From Parasitella parasitica NRRL 2501 (taxonomy: Eukaryota > Fungi > Mucoromycota): a stretch of 33,537 bases of DNA. The translations under genes were made by a program, and so were the position numbers. Location of the stretch: positions 1 to 33,537 of the forward strand of contig MU619408.1 of NCBI GenBank assembly GCA_025201805.1, given 5' to 3'. Below are positions 10,375 to 22,865 of this stretch, piece after piece (position 1 is the stretch's first letter; every line of letters begins with the position of its first letter). The notes under the pieces are model-generated. The model was not told the origin of the DNA and searched no databases. It worked only from the letters and a program-made list of their open reading frames with translations.

Positions 10375-11815
10375 ATGAAGTTATTATCCTTAACAACGGT
10401 GATCGCGTCTGTATTGACCAGTGTTTTCGGTAATTTCCTGGTTATAGAATTTGGTATTGAAGCGACATGACTAATACAATCTGTAGCTCGTTCTACTGTT
10501 TATTTGGTGTCTAATACTGAAAATACTCTCAGTTCAACACCTGAAATCTCATTAAACGCCTTCTCCATGTTTTATTCTCATATGATGGATACTGCCTCTG
10601 AACATCCTGCTTTACGCTTTCAAAATGAAAACAGCATGGATTCTTTGAAAGATACCGAAGAAATTGCTTCTTTATTGCCTAAATCTTCAAGCCTATTCGA
10701 AAAGAAGGTAGACGGTAACATGATTGTCATTGTTTCTGGTGTCAAGTCAGGTAAATGTCATGAACCTTTTTTGCTTTTATGAGGCTACTGATGTGTTTAT
10801 TGGACAACAGACATGTTTGATGCATCCTTTTATGTTTCTGATGATGAACCTGAGAATTATGTTTCTATGATTGAATCCAACGTTGACGAAATGGTTAGGA
10901 ACAACGAGGCTCTTACTGTTGCTATGTATAAAGAACGAGAGGTAAAGTTTTGCTTCAATTTATACAATCTCGTTGACTCTAACATGAAACGCGTTCCTTC
11001 CCCTTGTCTTTGCTTTGCCTTTTTTTTTTCTTCTTCTTCTTCTGTTGTACACATAGGCTGTCATCAAAGTGGGTTCAAATGTCATTTTAAAAATTACCCA
11101 GGATGAGCAAATGTACGACGAGTTCAAGTTTGATTTCTCTGGGTTCAATACCGACTTATTCAACATGAAAAATGAGGTTTGTTGTATATGTAACACACAG
11201 ATTTGTGCATTTTATTAACACTGTTTCATACTTATACTTCTAAAATAGGCTGATAAAAAGTTTATCACTGAAATTGAAGTCGTAAAAGACTTGTCTCAAA
11301 AGAAACAAGATGAAATCCGTATCATTGAAATAGATAGCTTAGAATTGATGGGTCAAGAATATGGGTTTGAATCACCTCAATACAAGGAAGCTCAACTTAT
11401 TATCAAAGATCTTTTTAAAAAGATTGTTATACCAAACTTCCAACAATCACATTCCCGTGGTGTATCTGCATTTATCATGACTCCTTTATCCAGCACCAAT
11501 AAGCACAAACGCGCACTACTTGCTGACGAAACATGCTACAAGACATCTGATGCTTGCAAAAACGGCACCTCTAATTGCAGCGGTAATGGTCAGTGCGCTA
11601 TAATTCAGGAGAACTGCTATACCTGTGCCTGTAAATCTTCTTACATTGGAGAGTCATGTCAGTACGTTGATGCTGTTGGAGACTTCCAATTGTTGTTTTG
11701 GACAAGTGTCCTCTTGGTTGTCATTACTGCTAGTGTTGTTGTCTGCGTTTATCAAAGCGGCAACATGGTTGACGGTGGAATTATCATGGCTCAATCACTT
11801 CCCAAGCAAGATTAA
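10375..11815 (+). CDS. Type I membrane protein, DUF3844/Vps3844 family, ~378 aa, 5 exons (10375-10429, 10487-10750, 10811-10941, 11057-11176, 11249-11815)
   Basis: Signal peptide MKLLSLTTVIASVLTSVFA. Cys module CYKTSDACKNGTSNCSGNGQC..CYTCAC..YIGESCQYVD, then a TM helix FQLLFWTSVLLVVITASVVVCVY and a short tail. Frame consistent (1137 nt). Confidence 0.85.
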
Positions 11816-12134
11816 ATAATGCATCTGAAATAAAGTGTAAAGCGTATCCCCCTCCCCTTTCTCTTTTACAATAATAGTAGTAAAATGTAAATATAGCCAT
11901 GTTGAAATGCAAACCAACAACATCTTGCAAGTGATATGAATTCTTTTTTATTAGGCATAAAAAGGGGATTATGATGGTTATGAAGAAAAGAGATATCTAC
12001 AAGGTGGAATGAAAGGAGATGGAAGGGGGTTGAAAAAACAAAAAGTTTAAAGGGGAAATGGTTTGATGTGAAAAAAGAAGCTTAAGGATATAGAGATCCT
12101 TTTATATGATTAAATGCTAATGTAAATGATAATT

Positions 12135-12209
12135 ATGAGTTTGATGAGTTTGATGATTTTGATTAGTTTGATGAGTTTGATGAGTTTGATGAGTTTGATG
12201 ATTTTGATG
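12135..12209. repeat. 9-bp minisatellite (ATGAGTTTG, ~8.3 copies) in the 3' region of the Myb gene
   Basis: Units ATGAGTTTG, ATGATTTTG and ATTAGTTTG read directly. Confidence 0.9.
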
Positions 12210-12266
12210 GTGTTAAATGGGCATATGAATCATAAGAAATGAAGAAAAAAAAAGAGAGAAATTCGC

Positions 12267-12863
12267 TTAATGAATATGGTCTGCATAAGGAAATGGTAGC
12301 GGTAACCTCGTTGGCAATGGTGCGACTAGAGCAGGTAACTGATTATTATGGTAGAACTGATTATATGAACTATGATGATGTTGAGGATGGCGATGATAAT
12401 GGTATTCTTGCTTGATGGGGGGTGTATTTGGCAGCCAAGATGAAGAGTTTGGTGGTGTAATTGGAGGTGAGCTCATGTCCTGCATGGATCTTTTGCGAGA
12501 TTTGCGAATGCCTTGAAGTGTGCGATATCTGTTAAAGCAAGTAGCACGTTTGCGATGTGGCAATTGACCTGAAATTTGGCCCCAAGTAAGCCCTCTCTTT
12601 ACACCTTCACAAATGATAGCGTCTTCGGTATCTGAGAATCTGCTTCTTGGCTTTCCGGTGACAGTTCCTAAGCTAGACTCTGAACTGCTTGTACTGCTTG
12701 TACTACCACGCTTTACCATGGAAGTATGATACTCTTCTTGTTGAGGTGACAATGGTGGAGAAGAGAGTTGGCCAATGGCAGTTGGGTTAAGCATATCAGC
12801 GACTAAGAGATATATGTTAGTATATTGCATGTTATGTTGGCATACTTTTAGCTTACTCTTCAT
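12267..12863 (-). CDS. Single Myb/SANT-domain transcription factor, ~180 aa, 2 exons (12863-12857, 12802-12267)
   Basis: RSRFSDTEDAIICEGVKRGLTWGQISGQLPHRKRATCFNRYRTL. A 54-nt intron (GTAAGC...TACTAAC...TAG) gives the N-terminus MKIADMLNP. Flanks are S/P/H-rich. Confidence 0.88.
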   Translation of the reverse strand: MKSKLKVCQHNMQYTNIYLLVADMLNPTAIGQLSSPPLSPQQEEYHTSMVKRGSTSSTSSSESSLGTVTGKPRSRFSDTEDAIICEGVKRGLTWGQISGQLPHRKRATCFNRYRTLQGIRKSRKRSMQDMSSPPITPPNSSSWLPNTPPIKQEYHYHRHPQHHHSSYNQFYHNNQLPALVAPLPTRLPLPFPYADHIH

Positions 12864-13720
12864 TTTGTTAAATATATATAGAGTAAAGGATAAACAAAAA
12901 GAAGTAATGTATCGATGCGTTTTATATACTTTTTTTTAAAGGGATCAAAGATGATGATGCTTATTATGATATAAAAAGTTAATTTCTGTATATAGGTAAA
13001 TGTATAAAAATATATGTGAATGATGAATCAAAAATTCTATATATACATGGATAATTTGACAGCATTATCCACGCAAGAAAACAGCAAATAAACCCTAATT
13101 TTACATCAAATTACAATTTCCACCCTTTTTTGTTCAGGACCAGGAGGCTGATGAGAGAAAAGAGGGGCCTATTATTGTGATAAATCCAAGGGATTCATTT
13201 ATTGTGTGTTTGTGGCTTCATTTCCCCTTGATCGTCTGTTACTATATGTTTGAAGTTGTTCACGTAGAAAGTAAGCTTTTTAGGAATGTAATTATGAAAA
13301 GCTTTATCCCGTTACTTTGTCTCATATTATCTTCTTCTTTCTGTTCAAGATCAAAATGTTTAACTTATCCCATCATTCTTGGACTTATTAAAGCATATGT
13401 TCGAGATAATGATACGGGTTTTCATCAAATCTTATGCAAAACCATTTTACAATGCGGGATACTTATCGAGGACGGAAAACACATGGTTTTTCTTCCACTG
13501 TCTCACCTGTATTCCATTGTTATGCTACGTGAGTAAAACTATCCCCTTTATTTTGCACCATCCCTGACAGGAGTTTTCTATTAAAAGGGTCTTTAGAATG
13601 TTACATGTCTGTTTTATATATATACACGCATGCACTGTAGCTGTCGATTTTTAATATATTCAAAAATTTATTGTAAATCTCGTTGTCAGTGTAGTTATTC
13701 TATTGCGTATTATGTATATT

Positions 13721-14867
13721 TTACTCTTCCATGGCATCTTCATCTTCATCTTCGGATTCAATTTCAAAATCATCATCAATCTCCTCCTCTTCGGGTTCTT
13801 CAACGCTTTCTGGCACAACTTGATTAATATTATGAATAAGTTCTTTTGAATGATCAATCATAGCATCATCATCAGATCCAACAATCGTATACACCTGTCA
13901 AATATATTGCTATTAGTTGTGTTTACAAAAAAAAAAAAAAGAGCCATGCAATACGACGAACCTTGACAGCAGTTTGGAAACAATCCCTTGCCTCTGCCCA
14001 CAAAGCCTTTTTTTCCTCTTGTGTTCTCTCTTCATCATCACCCAAACAGTAATAGCTCCAGCCATAAAGATACCATAAATCCACAACCTCATCATTCTCC
14101 TTTTGTAAACTCTCCAGAACTGTAAAAGCATGTTCAAACATACCCACTTCAAGTAGTAACTTAACCAGTGAGAGTCTTGTGTCATAAATGGGTATAGTAG
14201 CATCTCCAGCTTCTTTGTGAATCCATAATTCCATGGATTTATTTAAAGCAGATACTGCCTCTTCGTTACGCTCTTGGCTTAATCTTACAGATGCTAATAA
14301 TTGATATGATTCCACATGCTCTGAATCAACTTGCAGCGCTTGATTCAGATATTCTTCACACTTTTTTTCGGCTTCAGGTTCAGAACAACAATCGGTCAAG
14401 TAAATTTCAGTCATGGAACACAGAGCACTAGAGATCTTGGATGCAAGCATCTTTGCTTCCTCTGAATCTGCTGCTAAACTGTTTCTTTCAACAACCATCA
14501 AATCCACTCCGTTTTGAAATGCAGTAATGGCTTCTTTTTCTACAGATAGCTGACCCAAATACATATATTTACTATAGCTAGCATTAGGTTCAAGTTCGAT
14601 AGATTTCAGCATGTGCTAAATTAGAGGTTAGCTCTTTTGCAATTGTTTTCTTTTTCGGCTGAGATTTGCTGCTTTCTTTACCTTTCTGGCCAACTCAAAC
14701 TGCTCAAGTTCAAGCTCAATTTGGCCAGTAATCTCTAATAGCTCTGCGTTGCGAGGCTCGAGCTCCAATGCCTTTTGGCAAAATACATATGCAGCTGGAT
14801 ATTCAAGTCTATCAATATTTTCCAGGATCCTTGGCTTCAAATCGGCTACTGTATAGGTGGCAGACAT
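13721..14867 (-). CDS. ACL4: TPR protein, assembly chaperone of Rpl4 (Acl4-like), ~337 aa, 3 exons (14867-14682, 14615-13962, 13894-13721)
   Basis: TPR helices plus KYMYLGQL, SALCSMTEIYLTDCC.EPEAE..CE, QLLASVRLSQ and ENDEVVDLWYLYGW, with an acidic C-terminal tail. Confidence 0.88.
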
Positions 14868-15948
14868 TTGTTATTTGCAGAATGAAAGATGATGTTCCAT
14901 CCTCTTTTTTTCTCGACTTGTTGCAATACTGTTAGGAAAAAAGGTCACTACTAGAAAGCCACGGTTTGTTTAACATGTATAGTGTCAAGTCAAACCTGAT
15001 TTGACATCTCGCTTGATAATATCTTATAAATGCGTTCCCAATGCTTTTAAAGTCATGTACATCAAGTTAACCATCGTCTATTGGTATAATAGCAATTAAT
15101 TAAAAAAAGGCGCTACAGTATTATTCGTATTTTATGCACTTTGAGGATGCAGCTTAAGTGTGGTTTGCACGCAATAATTATCATTAGGACAAATGCTTGG
15201 GAGGATAGCAGCGCAATGAAATAAAATAAAATTTGCCTTTTCTATATCTATTTAAATTAGAAATGTACCGTTTAGACGTTGTTCGTCTTTCTTATTTGAC
15301 TGATCCGAGATTCAAGGGATATTAGTTCAAGAAAAAATATTAAACTCAATTGGTATAAAACTGTTACTCATTATTGGTGAACTTATGCAACATGCAGTTT
15401 TCAATTGCAAAATAAAGATTTTGAATTGAGACAAATGAAAGTTATTAAATTTCAGACGACCAAGAGAAAACTCTAGATGAGATAAATCAAGTCGATCTTG
15501 CACCCAAAACGTATTTGATCGGTAATACGATATCCTTTTGATGGTTGCATGTTGGGATAACGTCTCCGACTTTTATTCAGCTGAAAATGATCCAAAGCCA
15601 AGCCAAAGGTAGTTCACTTTTTATAAGGCGTCCAACATCTTGAAAACTTGAAGCTTGTGCCTTATTCCAATAAGCATACTTCCCTTCTTAGACGTCTATA
15701 TACAACCTTCTGAATCAAATATGATCAGAGGTGTATGTAACTTAGATACCTTGTAGAATAATACAAAAAAAAGTTCGGCTGGACCAGCCTTCTAAGAATG
15801 GAGTAAAAATATAAATTCGTGCTGAAAAGCGTTGTGGCCCATACCTTATTCGTAATAACTGCACAAGATCGAAAATAATTGAGAAAGAAAAGTTAAATTC
15901 ATAACACAGCAGGCTACATACACTCCCTGCCATGCAAAAACATAAAAA

Positions 15949-16021
15949 TGAGGAGTAAGAGAATTGAACTCTTGACCTTCAGATTTGGAATCTGACGCTC
16001 TACCAATTAAGCTAACCCCCC
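15949..16021 (-). tRNA. tRNA-Trp(CCA), intronless, 73 nt
   Basis: Cloverleaf: acceptor GGGGGGT/ACTCCTC, D-stem GCTT/GAGC, anticodon arm TCAGA-TTCCAAA-TCTGA, T-arm AAGAG-TTCAATT-CTCTT, discriminator A. A T5 Pol III terminator follows at 15944-15948. Confidence 0.95.
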
Positions 16022-17084
16022 AAGTGCTTTTTGATGTTTGCCGTAAAGTAAATATGATTAATTTATTAAAAAAGGAAGCACGTGACATTTGAAGATACAC
16101 AAGTAGTCTTTCGAAGAACTCGGTACCTGAGATATTAAAAGTAGAAGTCGATCTTCAAATAAACATTGAGCTTTTCTTTATTATAACTCTTATTTAATAT
16201 TATTTATAATAAACTTGCATTAAACTATATTTGGTTATTATTATTGCTAATCAGACCCGGGTCTTTGACAGTTACAGATTGCAACTTGGGTGTCAATTTT
16301 GTAAAATGTTTGCACAAAGTAATAAACATGTTGATAACCACTTGTACATACTATCTGTTATTCTGGGGAATAAATAAGTTCATTTATGCGCATAGCTTCT
16401 TCTTGACGGTTGAGTGTTTATCAGCTTTGGCTAACAAATTACATTTTTTCATTGCATTGCACAGATGAAGTCTCTATTATCACGATGTAATCAAATCTGT
16501 CTATGTATGTATTCCTGATCACAGCGGATAATACGCAAATGCTGAAGTATGAGACCTATTAATTTCTAAGCAAAGGTCAACAATGACTTTATACAATGTG
16601 GGACATGGCTAGGGCAGATTCCTACAATGCTCCCTTTATATCTGTCTGCTTTATTTAATAGATTTTAATTGTAGCATTGATATTAACTGGGAGAACCCGC
16701 TCTAGCTGCGAGTCTTGTAACTCCACGTTGTTAAAATTAAGAATGTTGATTAAACTGTTACATGCACTGTATATAATGAAATGTAATAACCTTTGATTCT
16801 ATTGATGTCACTTTTAAACTTGAGCTATGAAATTGTCCCATAAGCCAAAGGTTAGGACAATTGAGAATTGATTTTAATAACAGAAAATCTTTTTTTTTTT
16901 TTTTCAAATTGAACAATTTTATGGAATTTTGGAGGAAAAATTACAAAATAACGAGTAAGCAAAAAATAAAAATCAAGATATCACAGAACGGAATAAACGG
17001 CAAAAACCTGTTAGTGAACAAAGAACATGGGTACAAAAAAAGGAAATGGTATAAAAAAAAAGGGTAGGAAAGGAGAAGAAGTCT

Positions 17085-20000
17085 CTAGAAGCACATGAAT
17101 TTACTCTTCTTGTTCATCAACTCGTCCATTCGATTCTCCAAAATTCTTCTAGCTTTCTCCGCCTTTTCCTTGAGCATCATTTGCTGCTCCAACTTTTCTT
17201 CCAAAGCCTTACGTTCCGTCAAAGATTCATCTGACAAGGCCTGTTGTTGTGTTTGTATTTGAGTTACTTGAGAACGTAAATTTTGAATTTCGAGATTGTA
17301 AGCTTGTCTCTCTCTGCTCAAGGTGTCCAATTGTTTCTTAGCTTCCCTTACAGAAGATTCTGATCGAGATAGCTGTGTTTCTAACTTGGTAATGACCTCT
17401 TGGTGTGCCCTGACGTCGTTTTCCGCGAACTGAGCTTTGCGTTGCAAGGAACGGATGAGTTTATCATACTGTTCAGCAGTAAAGTTGCCTGGCGTTGTAG
17501 AGTTCATAATTTCACTGAAACTAGCAGACACAACAGAGTCTTGGCGGTGAAGAGAAGAGTGTCTTGAGGCGCCCACATTGATAGGGTGCATTGATGGAGA
17601 TCCTGGGTCGCTAATGACATCAAACAAATCACGACCACCAAGAGAAGGTGAGGAAGGAGCAGAAGGAAGAGCAGGTAATGGAGTAGGAATAGGAGGAAGA
17701 GGATTAGATGGTGGAGCAGTGGGAGGCGGAAGGTTGTTAGAGCTAATAAGAGTGCGACTACTACGGAGCGAGGATGAAGGGCGAGGAGCAACATCAGATT
17801 TCATAGATAGAGATGAGAGACGTTTTAAAGCTTCCTCATCAATGACAATGTTGTTACTATCAATTAACATGGCAGAAACAGATCTGTACGAGCCAGATTT
17901 GGAAAGTTTGGCAACACTAGATTGAGACATGTCACGTTGTAACTTGTATTGAATAATGCTTCCAGTACTGTTACTTGCTGTGGGAGGGGGAGGAGAAGAT
18001 ATCCGAGGCGTTTGAGGAGGAGAACTGAACTGCAATGATTCTCTGTTGTGAGCACCACTGCCGCCATTTCTAGGTATCGCTTGTTCCATCTCTTTTTCTA
18101 AACGATCGTTTGCAGCAGTTAATTTCATCAGCTCCAATTCTAAATTCTTGGTTTCAAGCGTCAATTGACCGCGCTGCAACACAAGTTGGGACTCCAAGTT
18201 GTCATTATGCTTCAATAATTGAGCGTTATCGTCTTCCAATTGCGAAATCTTGTTTAGCAAGTCTTGATGGTAGTTTCCATCGTTTGAACTCACAGCGTCC
18301 CCAGTATGATTCGTATCTTGTTCATCTTCGCTTTCATCAACAGTGATTGTCTCAAAGCTACAGTTCACAGGGGTGGCTGTTTCGATTTCTTTCTTGACTT
18401 GAGCCAAAGAGATTTCCAGTTGCTCAACCTTGTGCTTGAACTCCAGGTTCTCTTTGCGAGTTAGGTACAATTCTTCCTTGGTCTTCTCCATTTGGGCTTT
18501 CCAGACGTCGTCTTCACGTTTCCTGACTTCTTGCAAAGCAGCTAATTTACTCTCGAGCTCAGCTATTTTACTCGCCATGCCGGTCGAGTCTTCAGCAGTT
18601 GCCGATGCACGCTGTTCCTTGATGGTAGTCTCCAAATCTACGATGGTACGAATCAAGCCTTCATTTTGGACCAATTGTTTTTGTACAGCATGTTCCAATT
18701 GTTCTAGTTCTCTTTGTTTTTCTGATTTGGCACGTTGGTGCTGGTCAATTTCCTCATCGAGTTCTTGAACACGAGCTTCCAATGCTTGCACACGTTGTAA
18801 TTCAAATTCTGTTTGAGATCGTTCTTGCTTCAGCTGCATGACCAACTTGGCGTGTTCAGTTAGAGATAAACGAGTTTGACTTAATTCAGCTTCAAGATCC
18901 TTGACCTTGGCATCACCTTGGGAGGCTCGTCGTGATGTTTGTTCTAGCGATAAAGATAATTCGTCTTTTTCAGCAGCAAGCAGGTTGACTGTTCGTCGTT
19001 TTTCTTCAATCTCTTCCTCACGCGCTTTGTAATGGTGCTGAATATCTTTCAATGTTTCCATTGTCTTTTCAGATTTAGAATCTTGAAGTCTCAAAGTGCC
19101 TTCCACAAAAGATATTACCTGCTCTAGTTGCTTCTTTTCTGTACCCATTCCGCAAACGTCTTTGAGAACACTTTCCAGTTGCTTTTGCATATTAGCGGCA
19201 AATTCAGTCTTGTTTGCATTATCTGCTTCCAATAGCTGGATCGTATGATTTCTCTCTTCTAATTGGTTCTGCAGTGAAGAAACAAGGCGGTCCATCTCTT
19301 GCAGCTTGGCTTCTAAGCCTTGGATGATGGCATCTTGCTTCTCTTCCACAAGGTGCAAAGCGTTAAAATCAGATTTGAATTTCTCCAGCTCGTCCAAGCG
19401 TTCACGCAACGTTGTTTGTAGAGCCAGCTCCTGTTGACGCATTTCTTGCTGAAGATCAGCATACTTTGATTTAGTCTGGTCTATTTCACTTGCATGCGTC
19501 TCTGTAAGCGTGTTCAGAGAATCTTGCAGTTGCTGGCTGCGTTGCTGCTCTTGCAATAGTTGTGCTTGATGAGCAGTTTTCATAGTGGCAAGGCTTTCTT
19601 CAAGCCGTGTAGTTTCTTCTAGATGCGATTGCCGTAAATTAGATAATTCTGTTTTCATAGCTTTGATTTCGTCCAATCGTGATTCAAGTGTCAGAACTTG
19701 CGATTCTTTCTCTGTTAATAGTGCAGAGAGCTGTGTAATTTCAGCGAGCTTTTTCTCGTCGACATAGTCGTCCGATTGTGTAGCTTGATCAACTTTCTCG
19801 TGTTGCTGTTGTCGTTGCTCCTTGATCAATGTCAACTCCTGCTCCAACTCCTGACATCTGGATTGGCATTCAACAAGTTGTTTCTCAAGTAACTCCTGCT
19901 CAATCTTGTGATTCGATAAGGCTTGAGTGGTTTCTTCCAATCGGGATTGATCTACGATGGGCTCACTCATGGCCACAATCTTCTCTGTCAGTTTAGATTT

Positions 20001-22474
20001 CTCTAATTCAGACGCTGATAGCCTTGCTTCCAGATCGCCAATATACTGCTCGGTATGCTCGTCCATTTCTTTGAACTTCATGATTTTTTCACGCAATTCA
20101 GACAGTATTTGCTGATCTTTATGGCCGTCTTGAACAGATTTTTCCAGCTGAGACTCGAGCTCCAAGCAGTAAGTTTCTGAGGACTGTTCACGACTAAGAG
20201 TAACAGCCAGACGAGCTTTAAGCTCTTCCAAAGCCTGTGCTTCATTTGCCTGCATAGTCTCATATTTAGCAATTTTGGTTTGTTGTTCGTCAAGTGCCTG
20301 TTCAGAATGATTTAGAGCTGCTCTTGCCATAGCTAATTGAGATTCAAGGCCTGAGATGGATTTTTCATACTCTTCAATGACTGGCTCAACCAGGTGCTGA
20401 AATTCTTCATCTTTAGTACTTGATTTTTGGCGCAGCTCCTTTTCAACAAGTAAATTGCGCTCACGGGTGACAGTAACCTCGTTTTGAAGCTCTTCAATTT
20501 GCCTACGCAGGTCAGCCACCATGATGGCTATATCGTTGCTATGGTTACTATGATGCTGAGTGTCACATAGTTCCAGTGAGGTTGTGCTATCAGGGATTGT
20601 GATGTTGGTAGTAGCCGACATGGACGGATGGGGCTCGCTCTCCGACATGGATGAGGAGGAGGGAGAAATAATGCCGTGGTGGCCTTGAGCAAACATGGTT
20701 GTAAGTGCTTTTGGTGATCCACTTGCCGACGAAGACATGGGCGACGGTGAATTTCTATGATGAGGTGCACTTTTGAGCATTTTTACTTCGGCTTTTAACT
20801 TTGAAATGATTTGACGCAAATGATCCAAATTGTCGCTTGTCATCCATTCTTCAGCTTCGTTCTTTTCAGTTTTATTTCGAATGCTTCTGGCACGATAAGC
20901 GTACTTTACTGTATTGATGGTTTCTGTCAGATTGATCTCGGCAGGACTGACACATGCAATCATCAGCGTAGTTGAATTTCCTCCCAAAGAATCTTGCAGG
21001 AGACGAGTAAGTTTTGAGTCTCGATAGGGCACATGTGTTGATTTTTTAGACGAAGGATCTGATAAGGCTGAAATGACATTTCCCAAAGCAAGCAGGCCTG
21101 CATTGATATTGATACCTTCTTTACGTCGATCACCTTGCGCTGCAGTTCGCTTCAATCGCTCTGAGCCTGCTAGATCGACAAAGTGGAATTTGGAGTTGGA
21201 CACCATCCACTCGCCATCTTCGTCGTCTGGGAGTGGAGGTGTCGCTGCTCTCTTTTCCATCTGGGCTGCCATGGCTTTGACGTTAAGTGTGCTGTGTCTA
21301 TGACTCAGGCTACTGCTGGTATTGCTGGCAGTGGAGCGTGATGCAGAAGGTGATGCTTTGTTTGTGGATGGCACCCATCTTTCTTGTTTTAGTGTGACGG
21401 AAAAAATAGCATGAGATCTCGATGATTTGGCATTCATGTCTGTTGATCCTGTCGCACGATTCTCTGTACCCATTTGGAGGAATCTTTTTGTGATTGTAAG
21501 GTTAGCAAGACTAAATTTATAAGATATAAAAAAAGAGCTGCAATGCATTGCATCATTACCTAAGAACATCTTCAGTGCTTCCCACAGGCACCTCCTTTAA
21601 ACCGGTCCAGATAATGTGGCCTTTGGTATCTTCTCGTATAGTGACAGGTGTTCTCTCATGAGGAGGAGCAGGGTTTAATAAATCAATCAACTCCTCGTTG
21701 TAAATTTCAATAAACGACACATGCACAGTGTATCTGGTCGATTTTGGAGTCAAAGGTGTTGGACTTGATGCTCTCAGCGATGAATTGGATCCGCGACGAG
21801 GCGGTGTAATCATGGAGATGGGTCTTAGTTTTACGGTTGAAGTCGACCTTCTTGGGACTCGTAGACCTGAAGTAGGGGGAAAAGTTGAAAGACCAGACGG
21901 AGGAGCACGTTTTGTTGAAGTTTGCGCTGCTGGTTGGTGTGCTTTTGCGGCGGATTGCTTTTGTATATCATCAAGCCTTTGAAATAATGCAGACATGGCG
22001 CGAGGAATGATGCCTTCTTGATCTGGATCTGAATGGTCATCAATGGCAGTTCCCATTGTGTAGGTTTTACCAGACGAAGTTTGTCCCTGAAATTTGAGCC
22101 ATTAGCTTTATAAATTGCATACCAAAAAGATTGTCAAGACTTACATAGGCTAATATAGTGACATTGTATCCGTCGATGAACCTGTCGACAAAATTAGACG
22201 CAACAGACGTAAACACTTGCTCTTGAGTGCTATTCACATCAAATACGTGGTCAAATTGAAATGTCTTTTGATGCGGCACTATGGCAACTGAATTTCCGTA
22301 TGTTTTTAATACATCTGAGTCTGTTGAATTCGAAAATCGTGGTTGTGACCTGTCCTGCTGCGTTAATGGCCTTACTCGAAGGGCGACCTGAACCGCCGTT
22401 GTGTTGGATGCCATGATGTTGTTGGTGGTGGTGGTGGAGGATGATGATGAGATTGTTGGATTATTCAGAGCCAT
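17085..22474 (-). CDS. Kinesin-4 family (KIF4/KIF21-like) motor, ~1751 aa, 3 exons (22474-22145, 22086-21560, 21483-17085)
   Basis: [10 protein letters not shown]-loop AY|[12 protein letters not shown] across intron 1, [56 protein letters not shown] and [20 protein letters not shown], followed by a very long coiled-coil stalk. The start could instead be MASN at 22414. Confidence 0.95.
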
Positions 22475-22865
22475 ATTATATATATATATTCAACATAAAG
22501 AAAACTATTTTTGATAATAGGAGAAAGAAAAAAGAACGAAATGTTTAGCTTTCAACAAGATGCTGATATACAACCTTACTCTGCGTGTTATAATAAATTC
22601 TGTTTTTTAAGGGGGTTCAAGGGGAGGAGGAGGAAGAGATGTGTGGGGGTTTGATAGTAGTTTTTTTGGGTTTGGTTTGGTTTGTTTTGTTTGTCAAAAG
22701 AGATTAAGGAGAGGAAACAAAGCACAAGCGATGGTAAACTGTCAAAAAGACTGCAAGTGAAATGAGTGTATTTTCTGCTTTTTTAATGAAAAAGAATCAA
22801 GCAGATCAAGAGCAAAAGAAGGACGAAAGAATAAACGAGTAAAGGCTGTCAATTAATATTTCTGT

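Noticed and set aside
13177-13567. 119-aa and 62-aa plus-strand ORFs
   Set aside because: Non-ATG starts, composition typical of AT-rich non-coding DNA, and no motif.
15400-16800. Coding-like fragments on either side of the tRNA, and a 12-bp palindrome AGACCCGGGTCT
   Set aside because: Frequent stops and no identifiable family. A single palindrome of this size is weak evidence.
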